DNA from: Saccostrea echinata
Lineage: Eukaryota
Length of the DNA: 64,000 nucleotides
Direction: 5' to 3'
Assembly (NCBI RefSeq): GCF_033153115.1
Contig: NW_026889765.1
Location: 10,664,001-10,728,000 of the forward strand
Below, piece by piece: positions 14,201 through 28,129 of the stretch. The notes beneath the pieces were generated by a model. The model searched no databases. It had not been told where the DNA came from and was given only the letters and a program-made list of their open reading frames with translations. Position 1 is the first letter of the stretch. Every line of letters starts with the position of its first letter. The translations under genes were made by a program, and so were the position numbers.

Positions 14201-17101
14201 TTCATTGGCAACATCTATATATTAGACCTTATAGACCAGGTCTTCCAACAATCTGTTGGAATTTCGATGGACACTAATTGTGCTCTTTTATTTTGCCTAC
14301 CTGTTTTTATATATCGATGAAAAAGAATATATTCAAATGATTCTACATAAAAAGACGAAAACTATTACTAGTACCTTCAACTCGACATTGAGCTACACCA
14401 AGAAGTTTAATCAATTAACAATAGTTACTTTTTTTAATTGTCGGTTCGATATCTCCATAAAAGAATCACAGAATCTTCTTCATCTGTTTCATATTAGGGT
14501 ATTTCACTGACTATAGACGATAATGGCCAGTTAACAATTAGACTCTATGACAAACGGATGACTTCAGCTTTTCCATCGTCACTTTCCCTTATTTATGTGA
14601 TACATATGTAATACTCCAGTATCATCTGCATATGGTGTTTATGTCTCCCAAGCAATTCGAAAAGCAAGAACATGCTTTGAAAGTGATAAACTTTTATGCC
14701 GAGGCAAGCTACTGACATATAAATTGATGTTACATGAATTTCAACGTCATCATTTACAGTCAGCATTTCGCAAATTCTATGATCGTGACAATGACCTTGT
14801 TTGCAAATGCAACCTATCGCTGGGTCCTATTTTGTCTAACATATTTCATACCAAATGTTACGTCATTGTTTTATCCTAAATTTGATAACGGATTACTATT
14901 TCTACCTGATCATTACGTAGGGATCACGGCGGTTGTGACCAGTCGACAGGGGATGCTTACTCCTCCTAGCCACCTGATCTCACCCCTGGTGTTTCCCGGG
15001 GTCTGTGGTTTTGCCCAGTTCACGATTTGTTTTTTTTTATGGATTTGTGTGATTGGTCACTGTTCGTTATCTTCAACATTTACACCAAGAACTCCAATTA
15101 TTCCTTTTCCCTATTAATGAGCTTAAAGGTGAAAAAATTCTACTTAGTGAAAGATTATTTTATACAAAATTTTTTATATCTTTATCTGTTTTTTACCATG
15201 CCTAGGAATATATTTGCTGCTGCATTCAACGACTCTGCAGGTGTGGTTCCCAGGCAGAATGCCAGAAACATACCCATCCTCTTAATGACGACCTGCATGA
15301 CACCAAGGTAATATAAAACGGAAATTACGGAACAGAACCAGACAGCAACTGGCATAACCTGTTACAATGAAAAAAATCACAACGATTATTTTACCCTCAC
15401 TTGTTCTCTGCACCATTTAAAATTTTAAGCATAACTACCTTAAATGCAAAAAGATGATTGGCGTAAAGTTCACCGAAAACAAAACTGGCACCAGTATTGG
15501 AAAAATTGAGAAATTCTATGATTCGATCACCCAGCCACTGGAATGCTTGGTAGCCCCATTTGGTTCTGAGAATGACGAGAGCAAATATATTCTGCAAGGC
15601 AAATCCCCAGAAAACTGGCCTCCACTTTACCTTTAAACATTACATTTCAAAACATATTTGATATGCTTCTGTCCCTCTAATTTCTACAAACATTGTGAAA
15701 TGTAGACAATTTTGAATTCACTTAGTAATACCTTTGCTGGATTTTTCGAAAATACGTAGAAAATGATGATGTACAAAATCAATCCAGCAACAGATACTGA
15801 GTTTTGTGGAAAATCCAGTAGAACGTCAATGATGATGTATACAGTTAAAGTAACAAACACAGACACTACCAACAATCTGGACAAAAATAAAATACACGTG
15901 GAGATCATGATTTTAGTTTTATTATGAATGGATGCGCGAATCTGAATATGATTATGAAGAACAATAATTCAAATAAGGAATAATCAAAAAGAGGAAAGAA
16001 TTCATCAAAGTTTCAAATGTATTTTTATAATTTTTAGTTGTTTGATGATACCTAAAATTTCAAAACCGTAAATTTTCACTCTGAATTAAATATTTTTTGC
16101 TAAAGAGGTATTTGGGTATATCAATCGAAATATAATATCTTGATAATCACAGGAAATACATATGAAATGTGTCTCTTCTTTAGGATTAAACATGTATTTT
16201 AATTGTATTTGAAAAAAAATATATTACTAGATTATAATGTAAACATTCTTCATTTTTTTATATTATGTTTTTTTTTATGTCAAGGATTAAGAGACATCAT
16301 GTTACATGTATTATCATTATTATTACCATGAGTATTATTTGTTACATTTCTACCATAAATTACATATAAATTCAGATTCTAACCCTTATAATATATTGTT
16401 ATCGTTATCTCTACTGAATGATTTACCGTTTATAAATAAAGCATTATTATCAAAATCATTATTATTATACTTTATAATATCATCATATACCTCCCCATAT
16501 ACTGTTTTAATATCCTGGCCTTGTTAGTTCTGGAGACCTGTTTTAGATATGTACAAACATCAATCTTGGATTGAGGCAATCGCTGAAGCTGAATATAAAC
16601 AAGAATGATTGTTCCCAAAATCGAACAAACGAGGAGTCGTATCGAACCCTCGTCCCCAAACCTGTAGTACATGGCGTAGCCGAGATAGACGAAGTACAAC
16701 AGCAGGAGAAGGTAACTGAGGACACGGATAACTCTGCTTTTATATTTGTTTAAAACTACATAGACTGAAGTCTGAATTTTTACAGCCAGCATTGCAAATC
16801 TATTGTATTGTTCATCTCTCTCATATTCCACTTTGATTTCAGTATGAGGTGGAGTAGTTGCTTTGCTTCTTTGACAGCCATGCTGATAATATAAAAATGA
16901 AATAATTTTTGACAGGAAAAGAAACAACAGAAAAAATAAAACTGATAAGCAATCAGGATATGCTTCACATGTGCAGTAATAGATGACAGTTATCTAAAGC
17001 TTGAAATTTTCTCAAATTAGTAAATTATCCATGCATGGTAAAAATACGGGTATACTTAAAGTACGCACATCTGCTGTGCTATGTGCCTTATTTTCCTCCA
17101 T
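11255..17101 (-). CDS. SLC28A3: SLC28/CNT transporter, copy B (~608 aa). Exons: 17101-17069, 16882-16491, 15876-15732, 15630-15439, 15358-15197, 13869-13744, 13441-13311, 13174-13006, 12878-12615, 12223-12043, 11286-11255
   Basis: Eleven GT-AG exons sum to 1827 nt in frame. Motifs [33 protein letters not shown]; ends [10 protein letters not shown]. The first exon ([11 protein letters not shown]) is less certain. Confidence 0.92.
11848..11968. repeat. Direct tandem duplication, 62-bp period, two copies (last intron of copy B)
   Basis: AACTCTTGTTTTTACTATTTC...GAAATTGAGAGATAG starts at 11848 and again at 11910. Confidence 0.9.
14490..15082 (+). mobile_element. Penelope-like retroelement 3' fragment (intron 5 of SLC28 copy B)
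   Basis: Frameshifted remnant of [16 protein letters not shown]...[11 protein letters not shown] (PLE RT C-terminal region, recalled) followed by the conserved structured tail. Confidence 0.7.
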
Positions 17102-20100
17102 GCCGCGCTTTTCAAGTCTTGTATGATGTTTTTTCAATATCCAATTTCAAATATCTGTACCTGTTAATCAAACATATTCTAAAACATTGACTTGCAATCT
17201 CCCAGAGTTCATTTTGTTAGGATTATTTTAATTGCTGCTCTTTACAGTACAGTAAAAACAGGAATGCAGAATACTCCTTTAAAAAAGGATGTTAATGTAA
17301 GAAGATGGTTCGACAAAATTCAGCTTTAGAGAAAAATTAATCAGATTTTATCATGTTACCAGTAAACAACACCAGGAAGTGGTCAAAGTAAGTCACACAC
17401 ATCTGCTCCCTTGAAAACTGTCATTTTCCAAATGGAAAGTCCAGTATTGCATTTTATTCACCATAAAGAAAAACACAAATATTTAAAAGCCTCCTTCTCC
17501 GTTTTAAGATAAAATATTGGTGTAGTGTTACTTGAACAAGATAAGTCGCCCATTCGACATCAGTATTTCGAAGAGTCATCAATCTCTCGCAATATCATTA
17601 TAAAGTACCTAGTTCCAAAGATATTTCAACGTGCAAACAAATGAATGTTGTAATATTTGTATTCAGTCACCGTTGGTTTGTAAAATCTTGCATTTGGGCA
17701 ATCATAACACTTGTATTTATTGACATCAAAATTTATTGCCTAAAATCCACCTAAATGGTATTAAAAATTTGTCCAGTTACATTCTGAAATAAAGCTTTTG
17801 TACTTTTACACTAAAAGGTGCCATCATAACTGAACACTGATTACTGTATATCTTAATCTATCTAGGTCCTGGGAAACTTTTTCTATTTCCTAGCTGATTA
17901 AACTATACATGTAGTATTTAAATATAAATTGCATATAAAATGAATATGATAAATTATTCCAAATAAAAGGATTATACCGTCAAACTATTGGAATGAAACA
18001 CGGATGAGTATGGTTTTATACATGTTTTTCGATACACCCGGTAACACAGATCACATTGCATCTCTATTTTCTCTTTCTCACTCCTCCCTTCTTGCTCCCT
18101 CTTTCTAAGGCGCAATACACAACAATGAACCATTGAGAAATCAAAGGTGTGCTGGATATATCGGTTATCTCAGGTTCAGATACGGTTAAGGATTTAAGGG
18201 TTTCAATAGACCTAATTTCCAACCAGAAAGTACAGTTGACTGTTAAGATAAGATAATTAAATATCATTATAATATCAAGAAATTTTAGATTAAATTAAGG
18301 CTTGCCAATTAAGTTGTTTGTTGATGTTCTTTTGATAACCAGGTCCTTTAAAAAATCAATGCTTGGTAAACATTGCAAGGCTCTTAAAAATAAACTGTAG
18401 TTTTATGATTCTTGTACATGTTTGTGATATTTGCTAAAATATAGCTAGGAATCAGTTTTATTTTCGTGTGTTATCCAATTTGTATTCAATCTAGATACAT
18501 GTATATAGCAAGTATCAGAGTGGTTGGCATTTATGAAATATCTTCATTTAAAATCTATTAAATTATTCCCAAAAATAATAGTTACATAATATATTCTAAA
18601 AATTGAGTAAAAGGTAAATAACTCGATGGTGTTGAATAATTCAAAGAAAACATCTTTGCCTGAGGTTGGGATATTTTTACTGATCTTTTTTTAAAATAAT
18701 GGATTTATTCATTCTACCTAAAAATCCCCTAATAGAGCATCAGTGAGAACCATTCATCTACAAATGTATTCAACGATGTTATACTCCTAGTACAACAAAG
18801 CAAACTGATCGAACACGATCAAGTGACTAATACAGTCCAAGGCATTATAATAGTTAAAGGCCGGTACACACGATTATGCTTGCCTTATAAGTTTTCGTTC
18901 TTTGAAGTTCTTGCCTTACTGTGTGTACACCCTCAATGCACTTTTTGCGAGCCTTACAAGTTCGACGTACAAATAGAACACAAAGATTCATAGATTCATG
19001 CAAGTTTGTAGGGGTTTAATATTTATCACTGCCACTGTTGCACATTATTTGTTAAAATGAATATAAAAGCTGAAAAGCTGACTAATAAATAAGCATACGT
19101 CATATCAGTTTTCCTATATCCTATAAAAACACTGAGGTATATAACCCTTCGCATTCGTTACACCCGATTACTTTTAGCTGATCGCTGCTGCGTATAGTAA
19201 ATGTATATATCACATATATTGTCCTTTTTATGCCATCGAACGTGCATTTTTGTATATTTCACTTCGTAACATTGACCTGTGCAATCGATATCGAATGTAT
19301 TTGGTATTTCTTTTTTTTTTTGATGTGACAGAGGCATGCAGAAGTCATATTTGTCGCGTCCAAGTATGTCACAATGACAATGAAAGAGACATCCTTTTAG
19401 ATGAAGCGATATACGTTGAACTCAGCTTATATAGGGGCTGTGTAAGAACAGTCTTAAGGAGACTAATATGGTAGACAAAGATAATTCTCTTCCTTCTACT
19501 AATCGTGCTCAGATTGAAGTAATCCAAAGGATGTTTTCTCGATGAAATGTTTATAAAATGCTTTCAATATTTCTTTGTTAAAGTAATACGATCTTCTATT
19601 GTAAGTATATATTTTTCAAAAGCACATCATTGGCTGTTTTTTTAAGGGGGGGGGGATTCTCATTCCCTGAATTATGTCTGCTGACTTTCAGTATATGATC
19701 TGAACATCATGGCATCAAATCAAGGCTACACTATACCTCTACCCCGTCAACAGCAACCTACTCATGTTTGAATTCCAAGTTATTACCCGGAAATGATTTT
19801 GAAATCTTATTGCCCCACGACATTGACTTTAAAGTGTGACTTTCTTGAAAGATCATAAAACGTATCAATATCATTGGTACAATCAAACAACAGATATATT
19901 TATGGCCTTGGTTTCTATATATTTTAGAATTTCGAATATTTAAAAATGATAAAAATCATTTTAATTGAAGCTGATAATAAATAAAACAAAGTTTTACAGA
20001 ACATATTTGACATAAAAGCACTTCTTTTAAAAGCAAAACATTTCACGATTCTTCTATTGACATCATGCAAACTATATATTTACAATAATGATAACGTTAT

Positions 20101-20477
20101 AAACCTCAGTTAAATGTTCATGTTATATGATTCTAGTGAACACATTTTCGTTATTTTCCCTCAATTTATGCATATCACCTTGGCAATACGTATGATTATA
20201 TTCTGCTTATATACAGGCAACTATAAGCTGACAAAGCTTTAAGTACTGATTTCTTTGCACCATCCAGACACTGGGGGGGGGGGAGTTTCGATTGAGATTA
20301 ACAGATTTACGGATATCGGAGCAGCAATAAATACAATATTAACTACATGATATGTTTCCTGCAGTAAATTTGGGTTTTCACTGTACAACACCCTTTTCAG
20401 AGGGGAATGACGATCCCGCGGGTATCTGTCTTTGTAGTGTGTTATTCTCAGCATCTTGGAGGAATAAACCATCGATG

Positions 20478-23400
20478 TTATGTTGTATTGTAGTCTTTAT
20501 AAAGTAAACCTAAGTAAAGTAGAATTATCAAAGTTAAATTCTTGTTCATGCTCTGAAATTTAAAGAACAAAGATTATTTAAGCTCTTTATTACGTCATAC
20601 CTGCTATACATCCTGTTAAGAAGCAGGCGACATTCCCCGCTACCATTGCTCTGACAACTATCTTAGACAAATCTCCTCTCCTTGACGGAACTAAGGCAGA
20701 CATACCGCCCAGAAATATCCCCATTGATCCTATGTTGGAGAAACCACACAGGGCGTATGTAGCTATCACCTCAGACTTGTCCTGAAAAATTAGAAAATTT
20801 AATTATCTTCCTCTCTTCAGACATTTAGATTTTCCTTGCAATTTTAAAGTAACGGTCCTGTCTCGTTGCCGATTTTCTCAAGTAAGGAAAGTATGAATGA
20901 TTATTTGACTAAATTGAAAAGTGATTCAAAATGCCAAAAATATAACATTTTTTTAATCTTACTGAATGTGATATCATTCTTAATGATGGTTTATTTTAAG
21001 TTCTAATGTGTAATGTAATTAGCCACCAACCCAAGAACTATTAACAATATATACCGATATAATTCCTTTCTTGAGAGTCTGATTAAAGTAAGGCAGAATG
21101 ATATCCTCTCCTCGATAGTGCCAGTCTGAAGAAGAATTCCAGATAGCTTTATAATCTGTAAAATTCTTCTTGTTTTCAATTAGATGAGAGAGCTCTTTGT
21201 AAGCCACAAACTCATTGGTAAAAGTTTTGATCCCGATCAGTTCCGCTACAGGACGACAGTCCGGTATATCCGTCCCCATAAAAAAGGCGATCGGGTAGAA
21301 TACATATGAACAGATCAACTGAAAGTATAACGTATATGCAATAATTTTGACATAGAATTTACTTAAATAAAATCTCCATTTTAATATTAAGCCATTCCAA
21401 GTTTTTCTATATTTAGCGTCCTCACGCGCCTTTGTAGTTAACTCCCCAGATCATCAGAAAAAACAAAACAAAACAAAAACAGGAGTCCTGAAATTGATTA
21501 TATTGGTGGAAATCTTTGAACTCTCAATTTTTTTGTATACTTGTCTTTAATCTGTCAAATTTGGTATATATTTTCCATTTAATACCTTAACTTTCCTAAC
21601 GAATGTATTTTTTTTTTACAAGAATGATAAATTAATTAAAGCAAGTCTTTTGAAGGATGTCGTTTTTATGACTATAAAGTCTTTGTTTTACATTTTGGCT
21701 TGTGGGATTTTTGCGAATACGTAGGTAGGTTTTTGACAGAAAGATGGACGCTGAACACAGAAAAAAACATGGAATGGCCTTACAGAGGAGAAAAACAGGA
21801 AAACCTGAAAAGAAAGACCGTCCACTCCAACACGGCTCCCGAACCAGTCTAAGGTCATATTGATAAACTCCAGTACACAGAGAAAGGCCATGACATTCAC
21901 AGCAATAGCAGCTACAATCTTTACTGAGTTACTCGCTCCTGACGAAATGGCTTCTATAACATTTCTGTCTGTTCTAAACAATAATACACAAGAAGAAATA
22001 TATGTAATAACTTAAATATCGGTAGAAATGGTACTGATGACGCAAACAATACAACCCACGGAACAAAAAATGTAATCAAGAAGAATTTAGTTTGACATTA
22101 TATGAAATTAACTGATGGCTTGAAGGTCAAAGAGTGGATAGTAGGATAACTCACGATTTGCCCATCTTGTCAAAGTCTTTCTTGCTAGTTTTAGTTTGTT
22201 CTGTTTCAGGGTAAGCAAGTTTTGAGATGGCAAGTGCTGCAGGAGCAGACATTACAGATGCCGAAATCAGATGACTAGCTGGGACCTATTTAGTGAAGAA
22301 CACAAAAATTATAAATGGGAAGAGTTAACAGCTCTGTTTGAAAACTATTATTATAAGGTTAACCCAATTCTTTAACTAGAATAACAAATACTTCTAATAC
22401 TCAGTGTTTAACAAATACTTCTAATACTCAGTGTTTAATAATAATGTTCTGCAAATATCTTAAAGCATTGCCAGGGAATGACAACTGCTCTGGCATCTTT
22501 TGTGCATATATTGATAAAATGTTTGCATCGAAGAATGTAAAAAAAAATTACAAATCATACACCAAAGCTGATGTATGCTCCCAGCACAGACCCAGCGATT
22601 GTAGCGAAACCCCCAGTCATAACAGCATGTAGCTCCGAGTTTGTCATATCTTCTAGGAAAGGTTTGATCATCAATGGTGCCTCTGTCTACCAATAATACA
22701 CGATGTAATTATACAGAAAAGAAAATCAGCATTTTGAAACATTGAATTCTTTCACTGTACTGTCTATGGATCTTTATAACTTTTAGAAGATATATCTTGT
22801 AAAATGAATGAAAATAAGATATCCTGTGAACCTTCTAAAACTTGGATAAAGTATATCAGTTTTTTAATGCAATCATTTATTTCCTTTGGATTCTATGTTT
22901 TAATTAAAAAAATACAACTTTCTGTTATGTTTGTCCAGACTCAAATTTTAGATTCTATAAATATTTAAATAATGTAGTCTTTCTTTCCATTTACCATTCC
23001 AACAAATATGTTTCCTGCAGCGTTCAGGGACTCAGCGGCTGTTGTACCAAGACAGAATGCCAGAAACATTCCCATCCTCTTGACGATAACCTGCATAATT
23101 CCTAAGTAGTAGAGTACAGAAGTTACGGTGTAGAAGAAAACCACTACTGGAAGGACCTGTATTAAGAGAATATCTTTGCAACTATTTTTTAAGATTAAAA
23201 AGATTACAATGACTAATATTTAATGGAAATACGTGTTTATATCTACAGTAAATTAAAAAGAAACAGAAAAAAAAAAATCATTTACATAGTGCACCAATGC
23301 TAAAATATCAGAAGGTTAATTTATTACAAATCATTATCGTGCTTGATTGATTTTTTTTAACCTTTTGAACATTTATCAAGAAATCTTAATTAAAAAAAAA

Positions 23401-24642
23401 GATCTACCTTAAATGCAAAAAAGTGATTGGTGTAAAGTTCTCCAAAAACAAAAATTGCACCAGCATTAGAGTAGTTGAGAAATTCTGTGACTCTGTCACC
23501 AAGCCAAAGGAATGCTTCGTATCCCCAGCTCGTTCTCAGAATAAGGAGGGCAAAAATGTACTGTAAGGCAAAACCCCAGAACACTGGTCTCCACTTCACC
23601 TTGGAAAGGATTAAAAAAGTGAAATCGGTCAAGTGTTTTCTCGTCTTTTTTTCAAACGATTTTATAAACGTGTATGCAAAATTAAAATACCTTAGCTGGG
23701 TTTTTCGAAAATATATAAAAGATGATGATGTATAAGGCAAGTCCAGCGATAGACACTGCATTTTGTGGATAGTCCAGGAGAACGTCATAAATAATATATG
23801 CAGTTAATATAACAAACACAGCTACCATGAGGAATCTAGGTAAAATAATTCAAAGATATAATTCAACTGAGAAACAATTAACTTAAGCTTAAAATCTTCG
23901 TTGTTATATGACACACGGCGCATTATATTAACAAGAATGCAGTATCCTGAGTAACTAAGAAAACTGGAAAATAAGAAATTTTCTTACCTTCCTGTATATC
24001 GCTTAATTTTTCTCACTCTTGTCTTTTTAGCGAACGATTTCTCATTTGATTTCATCTGGAATTTGGACCCAAGCAGTCGTTGTGATACATAAATCAGTAA
24101 AAGAATCACTCCCAAGATCGTACACACAAGAAGACGAATCGAACCCTCGTCCCCAAACTTATAGTACATAGCATAGCCGAAATATGCAAAGTACAGCAAT
24201 AGTAGAAGTATTTTGAATGCAAATTTTATTTTACTCTGATATTTGCTGAAAATAGCATCGACTGCCTTTTGGATTTTGTCAGCTATCTTAGCACATCCAT
24301 TAAAATGTTCAGCTTCCTCGTGTCCCATTTTGATTTCTGTATAGGTGTGATTAGATGAACCAGGTTTTGTGCTTTCATCTTGCTAAATAATCAAAGAGTA
24401 AATAAGAAATTCGTTTTTTTATAAAATGAAATTGTAAACATTTTATTTATTGAAATAACTGAAAAAAATATTCATGTACCAAACATGGTAACTCCTTACA
24501 GTATAACGATATCAAATTTGAAAAGTACACTTCAAAAAATAATATGAAATTAAAAAATACTGACATCTGTTGCTGTATATCCCTTGTTTATCTCCCCTCC
24601 GTTTGAAAGCGATATTTCCAAGATATTTTCTTCTTTACTCAT
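20478..24642 (-). CDS. SLC28A3: SLC28/CNT transporter, copy C (~624 aa). Exons: 24642-24565, 24382-23988, 23835-23691, 23599-23408, 23156-22995, 22686-22561, 22285-22155, 21973-21805, 21318-21055, 20781-20601, 20509-20478
   Basis: Eleven GT-AG exons sum to 1875 nt in frame. Exons 3-11 have the same sizes as in copy B (145,192,162,126,131,169,264,181,32). Canonical motifs NIFVGM|[22 protein letters not shown]; ends [10 protein letters not shown]. Confidence 0.95.
22383..22438. repeat. 27-bp tandem duplication in an intron of copy C
   Basis: AACAAATACTTCTAATACTCAGTGTTT occurs twice in tandem. Confidence 0.85.
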
Positions 24643-27320
24643 CTTCACGGATCAATTGGATAGAAAGTCTACTCTGTGAAAATGACAAACACCTATAACG
24701 ACATTCAGTATTACAACACAATTCTTAAAAAATATCTTTACTTTCATGGTTGTAGAACCATGATCTTATGTCGATAATATTATTAAAATGAATATTATAA
24801 TACATCTTTAACAATTCACACTGTAGGCTAATTTTTCAAAGAAGTTATTTTTTCATGTATTCATTTTACTCCAATACTCAACAAATTCGATTAATATATT
24901 GTCCTATTGTAAATCGTTTTACTTACCGCATAATAAAGGGAACTGATACAGTAAAATCCCCAATGTACATATCTGTGCATCTAAATTCTTTGGTATCCAA
25001 GGTTTATTGGCACACAACTTTTAACTTACTTTTTATCAGTCGACTTTAAGCTCACCAAAGCGTTCAGATTTAGTTTTTTATTTGTTTGCAGCAATTCCAC
25101 ATATACCTTAGAGTGAAGTATCCAAATAGCTTTAAATTTTAACAATGTTCCCAAACAGCCCTAAAGGTTCTTTTGAAAACTCGAATCTTACAAGAAAATA
25201 GTTTAATAATTGCAATTTCTTTTTCTTTTTGATGCATGTCAAATAACCCCTCCTGAGAAATACATTTACCTATAATGATAAAAAATAAATATTGTTACCT
25301 TTCTATAAGATAGGAATTCTTCAATCACTTGTTTTACACAGAGCTCTACAAGTACTAACTGCGCATCTAATCGATTAACGTGATATCGATTTCCGTGTAG
25401 GGCTCCCAAAGAAATGATATTTTTGGAAAAAGGGGCTCGTGGGCTGTGATGGTCACCTGAGTGTCATGAGACCATCTAAGCCCATTCTGGAACTGGATGG
25501 AACTCTGGACTCGTGAGATGAAATTTTGGTGAGAACTCCATATAACTGCTTTATTTGTGAAGTTCCTAGATGATTGGTGTAAAAAGGATGTTAAAGATAA
25601 TGCACATTTTAAGTATATGATGAACTTAACCTAACCTTCAAACCCAGATTATACAAATTATGTAAGGGGCAATTGGCTTACCCCGAATTTTCCCTGCCAA
25701 ATGTCCAGGAATATTTAAAATGCAATGTATAATGTATTTTTTTAATAAAGGGCCAAATGCGCTTCACCATAAGGACTGAATTTTGAATGAAGGGGATTTC
25801 AAAACCATGGTACATGTAGATGGCTAGCTCCTCATTATAATCATGCAAGATAACCACAAGTGACCAAAAAATGTGTTCTAATCTTAATATACGGTCAATG
25901 TAGCCGCATTCCTTGGACTTGAACTTAGACCGGGACACATAAATGTGATATGTTTGGTACCGGTAGAGACCAGCTTCTCACTTTATTCACGAGCACAGTT
26001 TACTTGCTAGATATACAAACAACATGTAAAGAAGAAAATTTTAATATATGACCATCCTAGCCCATGCTGGTCAGAAAGCATAGACTCATGGGCCCTGAAA
26101 GTACAGCATTCAGTATAACAAAACCAATTCCAGGGAGTACACATTGAAATAATGCAAGTAGTTTGCCTGCTACATGTCTACGACTCAAGATGAAAATATT
26201 TAAAGATATAATGTAGTTTCCATTTATGGTCAACATACATGTTGCACAACCCTGGGTCCAGAACCATAGATCTGGAGTCCCGTTTTTTTCTGATGTAGAA
26301 CATTACATCTAAGTACTAATTATAATCATGATTACAGTTCTTTTCTGATTGACGTTTGTAGAAAAACGAGGAAGTTTGAAAATTGGATGAATTCTGATGG
26401 TTTGATTATACCTCTCAAGCTCAAGGAGGACTCTGTACATGACATTCACAAGTTTTGCAACGCTGAAGAAACTAAAAAGTTCAAAAGTTTACGAACGATG
26501 CACGATGGAAAAAAATTACAATTCATCCGAGTTTTCTGCAATTTTCTCTTTGTACGTTGTGCATAATCAATGACTTAAATACCCGAAATATGCGTTATCT
26601 TTCGTTTTCTTCTGTTAATTGAACTCGGCATAATCTCATAAATAGCCTGATGATGATTAATTAAGTATATGGAGTTCCTTATAGTGTTCAATATACCTAG
26701 AACCATTACCAATTGATGAATATGAACCCATAACTAAATCACTTAATTACCTTTTTTTCTTGATTGTAAGCATACATCCAGATACGATGAGTGATTTTTT
26801 ATCAAATGGATAGCCTTTCATATCAGATTTATTTATTTAAACCCTTGTGTTATTATGAAAATTGTTCTTTAGATTATGAATAAATATATCTAAGGATAGG
26901 CTGAAGTGTAAGGTTGTGAAATGTCTCTTTATTGATATTTTTTGTTATCTCAAACTTTTATGTACCTAGATACCATTAAAAAAGGATAGAGTGGGCGTTG
27001 GTACGTTTTTAAATATTGTACCTAACAACCTTGTTTCTACCACAATCTAATAATAACTACGGAACTATGATGTCTTATAAGAGTGATGTTTTTCCTTCTT
27101 GCAATTTCTAGCAATTTAAATACAATTAATTAATTAATTAATCAACCTGTATCTATTATAAACACAAGAATATAATAAAGCATTATGGAAAATATGGCAA
27201 CAAGAAATAAAGGATTCTGAATTCTGAATTCTAAATTGAAGACTGGAGTAAAAACAAGGATGTCTGCTCTCCCTCTTCTCTTCTTTCACATTCTGCTTTG
27301 ACTGGATCATACTAAGAACC

Positions 27321-28129
27321 ACCGAGAGTCATTTGGGCTATGTCATGTTTGAAGGCCTAGATTTTGCAGATGACATAGCACTGCTAGCTCATCGACATCG
27401 TGACTTGGGAAAAAAAAAAAAAAAACAACAACAACCAGCTTGCAAAACCAGCAGGAAAGATTGGCCTGAAAATTAATAACACCAAAACTAAGATCACGAA
27501 GGTCAACACAAAATCAGACGTACCAATCGCTCTAAATGGTAAAAAAATTGGAAGATGTCACAGACTTTGTCTACCTAGGAAGTAAGATCACTACAGATGG
27601 GAACTCTGAGATAGATGTACTAGCTCGAACTTCTAAAGCCACAGGAGCGTATGTTGCACTGCGAAACATCTGGAGGTCAGCAAAGATCAGAATAAATACC
27701 AAATTAGGATTTTCAAGAATAATGTGCTTGGGGTCCTCCTGTGTGGTGCTGAATCATGGAAAGTTACAAAAGCTAGATACCTTCCAGACAAATTGTTTTC
27801 GCAAAATATTACGCATTTTCTGGCCTAATACCATCTCAAATGAAGAGCTGTACAATAGGACTAACACCACTCCCTATCCCTAGTTATAAAGAAAAGAAAA
27901 TGGCTGGGGATAGGACACATATGTAGAATGCACCCAACCTCCATCCCAAAGCTTGCATTGAGATGGACATCGACCGGTAAGAGAAAGAGAGGAAGAACAA
28001 AAGAGACCTGGAGAAGATCGGTACCGGTGGAGAAACAAATATAAGAAAAAACTAGACATGGGGACTTCCAGAGATGGATACAAGACAGATCAGCATGAAA
28101 GTCTCTGGTGACGGCTTTATGTCCTGACC
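27321..28129 (+). mobile_element. 5'-truncated, degenerate non-LTR retrotransposon (RTE-like LINE) RT fragment
   Basis: Encodes GLDFADDIALLAH (RT [YF]ADD motif), GLKINNTKTK, FVYLGS, RILRIFWPNTISNEELY-like and W.GHI, with frameshifts. Confidence 0.85.
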
